Shown here: positions 49,987 to 59,734 of the stretch, one piece after another
Numbering within the stretch: position 1 is the first letter of the stretch
Layout of the letters: every line of letters begins with the position of its first letter
Virus record (IMG/VR): IMGVR_UViG_3300005265_000001
Coordinates: 41,898-105,897 of that record
Reading direction: 5' to 3' (one strand)
Length of the DNA: 64,000 nt
Source: a virus
Notes under the pieces: generated by a model
What the model was told of the DNA's origin: nothing
Databases searched by the model: none
Seen by the model: the letters and a program-made list of their open reading frames with translations, nothing else
Made by a program: the position numbers and the translations under genes

Positions 49987-52900
49987 ATGCCCGATATTTA
50001 TCCAAGTTCTCTAAATTCAAATACAAGTTTTTCTTTTAATTTGGGCGGAGATTTTTTAAAATATAGAAGCCTTACAATAGAGAGTAAGGATGTTGAAATT
50101 GATATTGATCCAATTATTTCAAACGTTGAATTAACATATTCTATTGAAGTATCTGATTTTTATTTGGGTTTAAGTTCTGAAATATCATTTAATTTTGTGG
50201 TTGGATTTTCTAATATAAATCCCACTTTAACAAGTTATTCTAATCTGTTTTCAGATTTGACATTAAAAGATTTTCAACTTAATTCGTATTCCAATTTATC
50301 ATATTTACTTGATGGAGATTTTTTAAAATATCGAAGTCTTGTTTTACGGGCATATAATGTAATAATCGAAGATAACACTGAAATAGAATCAAATGTAAGT
50401 GTTGATTTTGATGTAAATATAGAAAATGAAACAGATATTTTTTCTACTAATACAAACATAAATTTTCAAAATATTGATATCATTTTTCAAGCCGAAATAT
50501 TAAATTCAATAAGTCAAATAATCACTGAAATTGAGTTAATAAAATCAGTTGATTTACTTTCTACGAATACACTTTTTAGATTTGATGGAACTGCTACTGG
50601 AAATGTGGTAATTTCGGACTTATTACAGACTCAGGCTGATTTACTATATTCTAAAATAGTAACTGGAAATGCAATTGCAAGTGAAACACTTGATTCCAAT
50701 TCCAAATTATTTTATTCTGGACTTATTAACAATAGTGTTGTAATAAATGCCACAAGTTTAGGCACAAATGTAATTTTAGATTTTGTAGAATATACTGAAA
50801 AAGTTGCAAAAACCTTAAATAGTCAAACTCATTTATCTGTTTCAAGTCCTGTTATTGATAAAGTATTAAGAAATTTTATTATCCAAACCAATTCAAGCAT
50901 AGTATTTTCTTTTGTAAAAGGCATTTCAATTTCAAATAATATTTTTGAATCTGATTCTCAATTATCGTTTAATTATGCTATTGGTAAGGTTGTCTCAGAT
51001 TTTCAATTAAATGTTGATTCTGATTTGTCATATTCCGGCGTGGCTACCGATATAGTAATTGATTCCGAAAAACTTGATGCGGTTTCGGAACTTAATTATG
51101 GTGGTGTTGTAACTGGAAATGTCATAAGCAACTTTTTGTTAGAGGTATCAAGTGATTTAATTTATAGTAATTTTGTAATTGATACAATAGTAAATACCAT
51201 TCCTTTAATTTCAAATGTCAATTTGTTGTCTTCTTTTGTGATTGGAACGTCAATTACAGCAAATTCGATGGGATTAGATACTGAAATTGACTTTAATTAT
51301 GTGGTTGGAACGGTTGTAAGAAATTTTAATTTAGATTCGGTATCTGAAATATCATTTTCAAGTGTTTTTCGTGATACTATAATAGAAGTTCAGGAATTAA
51401 ATTCCAATACTTCTTTACAATTTGATTCAGTAATTATTGGAAATGTTGTTTCTAATTTTCTATTTGAAACGTTAAGTGAAATAGATTTTGGTCTATTTAT
51501 TGACAATGTTGTAAGCAATTTTAATTTAGATTCAACTTCTTATTTAGATTTTTCTAATCTTTTGATTGATACTGCCATAACACCTAATATATTAAATTCA
51601 TTGGTTTCAAATGTCTTTGATTATGCGGTTGGAAAGGTTTTAAAGGATTGGTTATTACAAACTGTTTCAGATATTAACTTTCATGTTGTGGTTGGTAGTG
51701 TCGTTTCAAATTTTACGTTTGGCACTAATACTTTCTTAACATTTTTGAAAACTGTAATTGGAAATGTTGTTACAGTAGATAGTTTAAATGTTGATCTTGA
51801 TATTGATTTTAATATTGTAAAGGGGCATGTTTTAAGAAGTGGTGTTTTATCTACCAATTCCAAACTGAATTTTGAGAAGATTGTAGATGTTAGCATACCT
51901 CAAAACTCCATTGAAACAAATTGTAATATTGGTTTTGATGGTGTTGTAACTGGTATAGCAATTCAAAATAATGTTTTTGATGGGTTTGTAAATATTTTTT
52001 ATGATTCTATTAGGGTTGGAACGGTTGTAAGAAATTTTGATTTAATATCAAATTCAAATATTTTGTTTTCAAATTTAATAGTAGATGTAATAATATCAAA
52101 AAATAATGAGATATTAAGCAATTCTGATTTATTGTATCAATCGATAGTTACTGGAAATGTGTTAATTGTAAACGAAATTGAAAGCAATTCTACTATTAAT
52201 TTTCAAAATATTGCAATTGGAAAAGTAATACATTCAGATGTTACTAATGTTTATACTGATATAAATTCAACTTTTGTAATTGGAAATGTTGTTAAAGATT
52301 TTGATTTATTGAGTGATACTACAATTTCTTTTGAAAAAATAATCATTGATACTGTAATTGACAATAATATTCAAACAACACAAACCGAAATTAACTTTGG
52401 AAATATCGAAATATCTGTTTTCGATATTGTTTTAAATTCGGCGGCTTCTTTAATATCTATTCCTGAAATTGAAGTAGATGGAAACATAATAGAATCGGCA
52501 ACAAGTCAATCTTTTCAAAACATACAAATTGAGTTTGAAATAAGTCAAATTGATTCTTTTACAAATATATTGTTCGATTTTTATATTGATAGAATTATAA
52601 AAAATAATTTCTTAGACACTGTTTCGGAAATTTCAAATGTTTTTTATGTAGATAAGATATTTACAGATAATAAATTAGAGACAAACGGTGAAATAACTTT
52701 TGGATTCTATGTTGATGTTGTATTAGATAACAATGTAATTACCTCAAATTCACAATTAAATAACACCTATGAATTACAATTTATTCCAAAGGCACTTGAA
52801 ACAGAAGGATCAATTTCATTTAATTTTATCATAGATATTTATTTGTATTTAGATAATTTGGAAAGTTTTGTTAATTTATATATTGACATTATTCAAAAAG

Positions 52901-53361
52901 ACTTTTTATTGTGGATTTATTCATTTCTTTCATATACAGGGCGGCTTGATTTTACTGAATTATGTAATATTTTCAATGTTTACAAAGAGGACAGGAAATT
53001 TTCAGTTGAAAGAGAAGATAGGACCTATCACATTTATGCTGAAACATATTCACAAGAAATTGAAATTCAAAACATTTTTAGAATCCAAAAAGAAAACAGA
53101 ACCTACCATATCTATGCTGAAACATATTCACAAGAAATTGAAATTCAAAACATTTTTAGAATTGAAAGAGAAGATAGGACCTATCACATTTATGCCGATA
53201 CAATTTCCCAAGAAATTGAATTGATTGATATTTTCAAAATACCAAAAGAAAATAGGGTATTTAAGATTTTTTCGGAGAATAGAGTATTTGAAATATCCAA
53301 AATTGATAGAATTTTTAATGTATTCAAACGGACTAAAGTTTATAAATTATTATGCAAATGA
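49987..53361 (+). CDS. Long ~21-aa-repeat scaffold ('fibre tape measure') protein with distinct C-terminal repeats
   Basis: Roughly 45 repeats like VIGNVVSNFLFETLSEIDFGL; C-terminal E(D/N)RxF/Y repeats. Confidence 0.65.
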   Translation: MPDIYPSSLNSNTSFSFNLGGDFLKYRSLTIESKDVEIDIDPIISNVELTYSIEVSDFYLGLSSEISFNFVVGFSNINPTLTSYSNLFSDLTLKDFQLNSYSNLSYLLDGDFLKYRSLVLRAYNVIIEDNTEIESNVSVDFDVNIENETDIFSTNTNINFQNIDIIFQAEILNSISQIITEIELIKSVDLLSTNTLFRFDGTATGNVVISDLLQTQADLLYSKIVTGNAIASETLDSNSKLFYSGLINNSVVINATSLGTNVILDFVEYTEKVAKTLNSQTHLSVSSPVIDKVLRNFIIQTNSSIVFSFVKGISISNNIFESDSQLSFNYAIGKVVSDFQLNVDSDLSYSGVATDIVIDSEKLDAVSELNYGGVVTGNVISNFLLEVSSDLIYSNFVIDTIVNTIPLISNVNLLSSFVIGTSITANSMGLDTEIDFNYVVGTVVRNFNLDSVSEISFSSVFRDTIIEVQELNSNTSLQFDSVIIGNVVSNFLFETLSEIDFGLFIDNVVSNFNLDSTSYLDFSNLLIDTAITPNILNSLVSNVFDYAVGKVLKDWLLQTVSDINFHVVVGSVVSNFTFGTNTFLTFLKTVIGNVVTVDSLNVDLDIDFNIVKGHVLRSGVLSTNSKLNFEKIVDVSIPQNSIETNCNIGFDGVVTGIAIQNNVFDGFVNIFYDSIRVGTVVRNFDLISNSNILFSNLIVDVIISKNNEILSNSDLLYQSIVTGNVLIVNEIESNSTINFQNIAIGKVIHSDVTNVYTDINSTFVIGNVVKDFDLLSDTTISFEKIIIDTVIDNNIQTTQTEINFGNIEISVFDIVLNSAASLISIPEIEVDGNIIESATSQSFQNIQIEFEISQIDSFTNILFDFYIDRIIKNNFLDTVSEISNVFYVDKIFTDNKLETNGEITFGFYVDVVLDNNVITSNSQLNNTYELQFIPKALETEGSISFNFIIDIYLYLDNLESFVNLYIDIIQKDFLLWIYSFLSYTGRLDFTELCNIFNVYKEDRKFSVEREDRTYHIYAETYSQEIEIQNIFRIQKENRTYHIYAETYSQEIEIQNIFRIEREDRTYHIYADTISQEIELIDIFKIPKENRVFKIFSENRVFEISKIDRIFNVFKRTKVYKLLCK
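53017..53250 (+). repeat. 78-bp (26-aa) tandem repeat x3
   Basis: DRTYHIYAETYSQEIEIQNIFRI.(K/R)E units start at 53017, 53095 and 53173. Confidence 0.85.
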
Positions 53362-54173
53362 ACAGAAAAACACTAAAATTTTTGATTATTTTAATACTAT
53401 TTTTGGTTGGATGCGCTCACAAAAAACCACATGATAGACCTTCCAACTATGCCCATAGGTATATAGATGGTGTGAATTTATTTGTTTTTGAATCCGAAAT
53501 AAATGATGTTGATTTATTGATTGCAAAACATATTAGAGCGGTTCGATTACCAATTAGATATGAATTTCAAACTAAAACGTGTCAATATATTGATAAATTT
53601 TTAAGTCATGGTGTTACAGTTTTATTAACTTTTGATTTAACTGAAAATGATAGAAAATTCCAAAAAGCAATTGATTTTTATTTAAAACGATACGGAAACA
53701 GAGTTTTTTATGAGATTTTTAATGAGCCTTGGGCATATAATGGAAATCCTGGTTACAAAAAATTTGATTCAACTGAACGAATTTTTGTGGAACAAACAAG
53801 ATGGATTGATTATATTCATTCAAAATGTCCTAATTGTAAGACATTAAACGGTGGAATTGCTGATTTTTGTAATGATATTGAAATGGATTTATTGTTAAAA
53901 TATGTGGAAAGAGGCCACCAAGATATTTTTTCAATCCATATTTACGGATATTGTGAAAATGCTTTGATATCCAAAATAAACATGATGAAAAAAACAGGCA
54001 AAAAAATATGGATAACTGAAATCGGAACAACAGGAAACAAAGAAAATTACATAAATACATATTTTCCCAACATTGTAAAAATAGTTCAACCCGAAAAATT
54101 GATTTGGTTTGATTATAATTCTGGAAATTTTGGTATAGAACATACTGATATTTTCAATAAACTTTTTGAATAG
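53352..54173 (+). CDS. Lipoprotein glycoside hydrolase, clan GH-A TIM barrel
   Basis: LFLVG-C lipobox; YEIFNEP (acid/base), SIHIYG, IWITEIG (nucleophile). Confidence 0.75.
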   Translation: MQMNRKTLKFLIILILFLVGCAHKKPHDRPSNYAHRYIDGVNLFVFESEINDVDLLIAKHIRAVRLPIRYEFQTKTCQYIDKFLSHGVTVLLTFDLTENDRKFQKAIDFYLKRYGNRVFYEIFNEPWAYNGNPGYKKFDSTERIFVEQTRWIDYIHSKCPNCKTLNGGIADFCNDIEMDLLLKYVERGHQDIFSIHIYGYCENALISKINMMKKTGKKIWITEIGTTGNKENYINTYFPNIVKIVQPEKLIWFDYNSGNFGIEHTDIFNKLFE

Positions 54174-54184
54174 GGTGTTACATA

Positions 54185-54874
54185 ATGAATTTAACAATTA
54201 ACAAATATATATCTAATTCAAGTGAATGGAATAATCTTGATGGAACAGTCAATCTTAAATCTCATAATGTCATGCAATATATAAATCCACCTAATATTTC
54301 AGGTTACTTATTCAATGGTGTTGATAGTTATATGGAATTTGATAATTCAGTTTTAATAGAGGGGAAGAAAAACTGGACAATTTATTTTTGGTTGATTCCC
54401 AAAATAAGTGACTGCTATATAATGGGCAAAGATGGATCATGGAAAATTGAATTGATGGGTGAATTATTACAATTTAGTGATTTAAAAAATTCTTTTTCCA
54501 TAAAGACATTAAATAAACTTATTGTAAATAAATTGTATAATATAGCAATTGTTTTTGATTTGAACACGTCTTTGATAAAAATTTATGTTAATGGTGTTCT
54601 GGATATTTCCGATAAAATTGAAAAACAAATATCCGAAGCCACAACTAAATTCAAAATAGGCAACAGTGAAAAAGATTATTATAAAGGAATTTTGTATAAT
54701 GTTATGATTTGGGATGATATAATTTCAGATTATCAATGCAAACATAATTATTACTATCATCCTTTATATTTATACAATACCGGCGTTATTCGGGGAAATA
54801 ATGTTAGTATTTTTACAAGTAATTTGATTGATTTTGTAAATAGGGGTATTGCTTTAGGTGGTATTCATATTTAA
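54185..54874 (+). CDS. LamG/concanavalin A-like domain protein
   Basis: FNGVDSY..WTIYFW..IAIVFD..IYVNGVL..IG..YYKG.L.NVMIWD. Confidence 0.75.
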   Translation: MNLTINKYISNSSEWNNLDGTVNLKSHNVMQYINPPNISGYLFNGVDSYMEFDNSVLIEGKKNWTIYFWLIPKISDCYIMGKDGSWKIELMGELLQFSDLKNSFSIKTLNKLIVNKLYNIAIVFDLNTSLIKIYVNGVLDISDKIEKQISEATTKFKIGNSEKDYYKGILYNVMIWDDIISDYQCKHNYYYHPLYLYNTGVIRGNNVSIFTSNLIDFVNRGIALGGIHI

Positions 54875-54886
54875 TGGAGGTTAAAA

Positions 54887-56434
54887 ATGAGGGTTAAATT
54901 TTATGAAAATGTTCAAGATTTGAGCGGAAATGCAATAAATAATGCAAGCGTGTCTGTTTATTTGAATACAAACAAAACTCCCGCTACCGTATATGTTGAC
55001 GGAAATCCTGTTAATACAATTCCACAAACGCATACAAATGAAAAGGGATATTTTGAATTTGAAGTTGATGATGATATGTATTCATCCGAAACTTTATTTG
55101 ATATTACAATCAATGATTCGGGAAATGAAATAAATTTGGTTGCTATTCCTATAATAAATCTAAGAAACGATAAAATTGTAATAAAAGCGGCACAGGTTCA
55201 AATGGATAATGGGAAATTTAACGCAAAAAATATGGATGAATTTGTTGAGGAAGTTGGGGAAACGAATTTTTGGAATGGATTTGATAGAAATTTACCTGAA
55301 ACAATGGGCCAAATAAGTTGGAATACAAATACACGTGAATTTTCTATTTCCCCCGTGAATGGAAAGAGTTTTTTCTATTTTTATGCGGGAGGTAAAAAAA
55401 TAACAAAGACTGAGACTGAAAGTGTTACAATTCCCGATGTTTCTGGAACTTATTATATTTATTATGATACAGATGGAAATTTAAACGCAATTGCCCACGA
55501 AAGTATGAGTAGAAGTGCATTTTTAGATGGGGCTTTGGTTGGTTTGGTATATTGGAATGATGAAGCTAAAGAAGGAAATATGGGGGATGAAAGGCATGGA
55601 ATAAGAATGAGTGGAATGACCCACATGGTGAAACACTTTACAACAGGGGCTTTGTATTCTTATGGGTTTGATATTGTGGGTCTTGAAAGCGGTGAAAAAA
55701 CTTATACTCATATAACAAATGGTAAAATGTGGGATGAAGATATAAGTCATGACCATATTTTATCCACAGAACATCCCTTTTTATGGAGAGAGGGTGTAGG
55801 GGGATGGAGATTTAGTGTTCCAAGCAATGAGGTGGCATATAAAGTTACCGGAAACAATTATTATTCATGGAATTATTACGATTCTAATAATAATTATTGG
55901 ATGTTAAAACAAGGACTTTCTGATAGTGATTTTTGGATAATATTTTTTGTGGCTTTTCCAAGTTTTGATGGGGCCAAAGTTTTTAAAATAATTGGACAAA
56001 ATGCCTATCCTTCACGGGGGGCGGCGAGATCAAATATTGAAAACGAAATACGAAAAATAACAACAGATGGATTGCCAACACTTGAAATGATTTGGCTATA
56101 TGCCATAATTGTAAAAAGAAATGGAAAACTTCAAACATTGGCAGATGGTAGTTTGTATTTAGATTTTAGGTTTGTAAAAGGAACAGGCGGTCAACCTAAT
56201 CCACCTTCGTATGCAAACGATATTTCCACAGATACAAGCAATTTTAATAAAATTTTAACCTCAAATGAAACAGATGTTCAAAAGGCACTTGAAAAATTAG
56301 ATGCTTTGAATTTGACAGATACAAATACTTCGGCAACGGGTGGAAGCGCAAATTTACCCCCTAATCCGGTTGGATTTGTAACATTGAATCTGAATGGAAC
56401 AGATGTTTTGATACCATATTATAATAAAGTTTAA
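54887..56434 (+). CDS. Fibre/virion protein sharing its N-terminal anchor domain with 45066
   Basis: FYENVQDLSGNAINNASVSVYL..VYVDG..PQT.T..GYF.F.VDDD.YS...FDI; C-terminal ATGGSANLP.NPVGF...IPYY. Confidence 0.6.
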   Translation: MRVKFYENVQDLSGNAINNASVSVYLNTNKTPATVYVDGNPVNTIPQTHTNEKGYFEFEVDDDMYSSETLFDITINDSGNEINLVAIPIINLRNDKIVIKAAQVQMDNGKFNAKNMDEFVEEVGETNFWNGFDRNLPETMGQISWNTNTREFSISPVNGKSFFYFYAGGKKITKTETESVTIPDVSGTYYIYYDTDGNLNAIAHESMSRSAFLDGALVGLVYWNDEAKEGNMGDERHGIRMSGMTHMVKHFTTGALYSYGFDIVGLESGEKTYTHITNGKMWDEDISHDHILSTEHPFLWREGVGGWRFSVPSNEVAYKVTGNNYYSWNYYDSNNNYWMLKQGLSDSDFWIIFFVAFPSFDGAKVFKIIGQNAYPSRGAARSNIENEIRKITTDGLPTLEMIWLYAIIVKRNGKLQTLADGSLYLDFRFVKGTGGQPNPPSYANDISTDTSNFNKILTSNETDVQKALEKLDALNLTDTNTSATGGSANLPPNPVGFVTLNLNGTDVLIPYYNKV

Positions 56435-56445
56435 GGAGAATTATT

Positions 56446-57036
56446 ATGTTAGACTTTGAAGAAAAGAAAAAAGATTTGGGACTTGTTTATTTATTTTACC
56501 AAAGAGTAAATTCACCATATTTAGAGGAAAAAAATCTTTTGATGTTAGAAAATAGAAATCCAACTAATTTAGATTTAGCACAAGAGTTGGATTATATTGA
56601 AACGTCGGTTACAAATACAAAAGATGAAAAAATAATGACACAAGATTTTTATTTTGCAGATTTGATTCCTTATAAAAAGATATTACTTGGAACTATTAAA
56701 AATGTTTTAAGTTTTGATATTAGAATGAATAATACAGGAACAATTTACATAACTAAGATTAATGTTAGTGTTATTAAAAAAGAAAATAAAACTGTTCAAA
56801 TCTTAAATACAATGGAAAATAGGGTTGGTGCTTCAAATAATACAGTTAATTTTGTAAATGTGAGTTTTCAAGATTTTATTCCAATTGATGTTCCAATTGA
56901 ATTTTTAGCACCCAATGAATTATTTGGAATAAGATTTGAGGTTTATGGGAATGTTTCAGAAAATGATGGAACATTAAGGTTTAAATGCACAAGAGGAAGT
57001 GCTGATAGTTATTTGATGGCCTATTTTGAAATTTAG
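56446..57036 (+). CDS. Hypothetical beta-rich protein (last late gene)
   Basis: AAGGAG SD; 196-aa ORF. Confidence 0.6.
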   Translation: MLDFEEKKKDLGLVYLFYQRVNSPYLEEKNLLMLENRNPTNLDLAQELDYIETSVTNTKDEKIMTQDFYFADLIPYKKILLGTIKNVLSFDIRMNNTGTIYITKINVSVIKKENKTVQILNTMENRVGASNNTVNFVNVSFQDFIPIDVPIEFLAPNELFGIRFEVYGNVSENDGTLRFKCTRGSADSYLMAYFEI

Positions 57037-57314
57037 GCAGAGTATTCCATTAAACCCAAACAATTAAATTGAATATCAGTAAATTCAATTTTAATAGAAT
57101 TTTTAAAAACCAAACAAACTAATTATTTAATCATTTATTTTTGATTTTTTTAAGTTGGTTTTAATATACATTCAAACATATACAATCAAATCAATCAATA
57201 ACATTCATATTAAAATCATATTTTCTAAAATTCCTTATAGAAATATATATAGTGTATATCACAAAAAAATCGAAAATTAAACCTCTAAAACTGACAAATT
57301 AAATTTTCTTTATT

Positions 57315-57446
57315 TTTCAAATACTTACAATAGGGGCAATTTTAAAAGTTAGGTTTAACTAACTGTGGATAACTACCCCAAATTTGCCCCCCTATTTATC
57401 AACAATTGTGGATAACTTTGTGGATAAGTTTTGTAAGTGTTTGATT
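57315..57446. promoter_or_regulatory. oriC-like element: DnaA boxes flanked by inverted IHF-like sites
   Basis: TGTGGATAA at 57364, 57407 and 57419; TTATCAACA at 57396; WATCAANNNNTTR exact on the minus strand at 57434-57446, one mismatch on the plus strand at 57315-57327. Confidence 0.7.
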
Positions 57447-57547
57447 TTATTTATTTTGTGGAATTGGGTTATTTAGTATTGATAAGGGTTCAAAAGGGAG
57501 GTCAATTTTTTATTAAAAAGGGATCATTTTTTTTTATTAAAAATGGT

Positions 57548-57576
57548 TGACTTTTTGCAATTTAGGGTATATAATA
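57548..57576 (+). promoter_or_regulatory. Sigma70-type early promoter
   Basis: TTGACT-17 bp-TATAAT. Confidence 0.85.
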
Positions 57577-57598
57577 CAGAAAAAAACGGAGGGAAAAA

Positions 57599-57850
57599 AT
57601 GAAAGTAAAAGAATACATTGAAAATCACGGAAAAAGCTATTTGGCAGGAACTCTTTTAAAGGCCATAAAAAAGGGGGAAATAAAAGAAGACGATGAAATT
57701 GTAATTGGATCGGGGTTGATTGCACCTAAAACCCCGCAAAGCAATTTATACAAAGTTATGAAAAGACATAATTCCACCAAGTTTTATGTTGGTGGTAGGG
57801 CTGGAAGAAATGCTACCAGTGGATACTATTTTGCAGTGGTAAGGGGGTAG
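57599..57850 (+). CDS. Hypothetical early protein
   Basis: GGAGGG SD directly after the sigma70 promoter. Confidence 0.65.
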   Translation: MKVKEYIENHGKSYLAGTLLKAIKKGEIKEDDEIVIGSGLIAPKTPQSNLYKVMKRHNSTKFYVGGRAGRNATSGYYFAVVRG

Positions 57851-57855
57851 AAAAA

Positions 57856-58101
57856 TTGAAAAAGTTAAGTTTTAATGCCGAAGCCGTTAGGATAACACAT
57901 GATTATATTTTGTTAAGAGATATAGGACCCTGGGATAAATTTAAAACTATTACAAATGCGGCGGAAGAAGTTGTAAAGGAACTCTATTCCAATTTAAATG
58001 GTCAAAAAATCTATTATATTGATAGTGAGGGGGATTTAGCGGAACTAAAATATGACGAAAATGGAAATTTTTTGGGTTTTGGTTCAAACGTCAAATTATA
58101 G
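57856..58101 (+). CDS. Hypothetical early protein
   Basis: AGGGGG SD, TTG start. Confidence 0.6.
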   Translation: MKKLSFNAEAVRITHDYILLRDIGPWDKFKTITNAAEEVVKELYSNLNGQKIYYIDSEGDLAELKYDENGNFLGFGSNVKL

Positions 58102-58111
58102 GGGGAATAAG

Positions 58112-58228
58112 ATGGCAACCTATGAAATTGAAAACGAAATTGTTTCATTTCAGGCAGTATGTAGTTATTTTGAAACAGATTGTTTTTGTAATGAATATGA
58201 AGATGATGAGGAAGGGGGAAACGATTGA
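58112..58228 (+). CDS. Small acidic Cys-containing peptide (38 aa, not in the ORF track)
   Basis: MATYEIENEIVSFQAVCSYFETDCFCNEYEDDEEGGND*; GGGGG SD; stop overlaps the next start. Confidence 0.45.
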   Translation: MATYEIENEIVSFQAVCSYFETDCFCNEYEDDEEGGND

Positions 58229-59289
58229 GTTTATTTGATGATTTGAAGAAACTTAAAGAAGAAGGGAAGATTTTCTTAAATTCTCATCCAACAAAACCAT
58301 TGTGGATTGCTAATTATACCCCACAAGTTCAATTTAAGGGGGAATGGTCAGAATTACTAATGATGTGTAGGGGTCTTGTGGTTGATGAAAATGGAAATAT
58401 TATTGCAAGGCCATTTAAAAAGTTTTTTAATTTACATGAACATTTAAATAATCCCGACAAACTTCCACCAATTCCCAAAACAAAAAAATTTGATGTGTAT
58501 GAAAAATTAGATGGGTCTTTGATTATTCTCTTTTGGTATGATGGGGAATGGGAAGTGGCGTCAAGAGGATCATTTATTTCAGAACACGCCAAAAAAGCAA
58601 GGGAAATGATTGAAAATAAATATGGATTTTATATAAATAGATTTGATAAATCTAAAACTCATTTATTTGAATTGATAGCACCTGAATTTAGAATTGTTGT
58701 TAATTATGGGGATATGGAGGAACTTTTTTTACTTGCTATTATTGAGACGAAAAGTGGAAAAGAAGATGGTATTTTTGGTGTTAATTTTCCGAATAAACCA
58801 AAAATTTATGATGGGGTTGCGGATATTAAAGAATTATTTGAAAAATATCCATATACCGGAAATCAAGAAGGATTTGTAATTAGATTTAGAAATGGATTTA
58901 GACTGAAATTAAAATATGAAGAATATGTTAAATTGCATAGAATGGTGACTGGACTCAATGAAAATGCTATTTACGAAATGTTAAAAAGTGGGGAAGGTGT
59001 TGTAGAATTAAAAAAACAATTACCAGAAGAGTTTTATGGTTGGATTGATGAAAAGGCCGGAAAACTTTTAGATATGTTTGAGAAAATTAAAAATTCCCAT
59101 ATTGATGTTTTCAAAAATGAAATAGATGGCAGGTTTACAAATAGAAAAGAAATGGCACTTAAAATTTTATCATATAAACCACAGTTGAATCCAAGTATTT
59201 TGTTTGCTTTGGCAGATGATAAAAATATTGATGAAATAATTTGGAAAATGATTAAACCAAAAAATAATGAAAAAGTGTGGGGGGTATAA
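58225..59289 (+). CDS. RNA ligase, T4 Rnl1 (RnlA) family
   Basis: CRGLV..ARPFKKFFN, YEKLDGSL, ASRGSF, FEL, EGFVI, RLKLK. Confidence 0.9.
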   Translation: MSLFDDLKKLKEEGKIFLNSHPTKPLWIANYTPQVQFKGEWSELLMMCRGLVVDENGNIIARPFKKFFNLHEHLNNPDKLPPIPKTKKFDVYEKLDGSLIILFWYDGEWEVASRGSFISEHAKKAREMIENKYGFYINRFDKSKTHLFELIAPEFRIVVNYGDMEELFLLAIIETKSGKEDGIFGVNFPNKPKIYDGVADIKELFEKYPYTGNQEGFVIRFRNGFRLKLKYEEYVKLHRMVTGLNENAIYEMLKSGEGVVELKKQLPEEFYGWIDEKAGKLLDMFEKIKNSHIDVFKNEIDGRFTNRKEMALKILSYKPQLNPSILFALADDKNIDEIIWKMIKPKNNEKVWGV

Positions 59290-59577
59290 ATGGTGGAATA
59301 TATGGGCGTTGCTAATATAGATAACACAAAATTATTGAGATTGGAGCCGGGTGATATAGTTGAATTATTTTCAGTAGATGGGGGAAAAATTGGAAAATAC
59401 TATATAACATATAATGGGGAATTGTATGTATATCCAAAGTCGGCTTTGAGTGTTACTATACCAGATTTTAAAAAATTTACTTTATTTCGATTTAAGGGAA
59501 ATGACTATTATATTTCTCCCAATTCTTATTCATGGTTAATTTTAATTGGTATTGAAAGGGTGGAAGAAAATGTTTGA
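59290..59577 (+). CDS. Hypothetical protein
   Basis: G-rich SD; tight gene packing. Confidence 0.55.
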   Translation: MVEYMGVANIDNTKLLRLEPGDIVELFSVDGGKIGKYYITYNGELYVYPKSALSVTIPDFKKFTLFRFKGNDYYISPNSYSWLILIGIERVEENV

Positions 59578-59734
59578 ATTATTTACTGATTTTAATGTTC
59601 AACACAGTCCAAGATATTTTTATGCACGTGGGGCAATTTGGGGAATTGTTGCAACTCTTATTTGTTGCCATTATTTTAAATATTTGTCTCCAATTATTAG
59701 GAAAATTATTTTAAAAATTAGGGGGAGAAAATGA
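59546..59734 (+). CDS. Small membrane protein (start probably the internal ATG near 59570)
   Basis: One hydrophobic segment GAIWGIVATLICCHYF and a basic tail. Confidence 0.45.
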   Translation: MVLKGWKKMFELFTDFNVQHSPRYFYARGAIWGIVATLICCHYFKYLSPIIRKIILKIRGRK

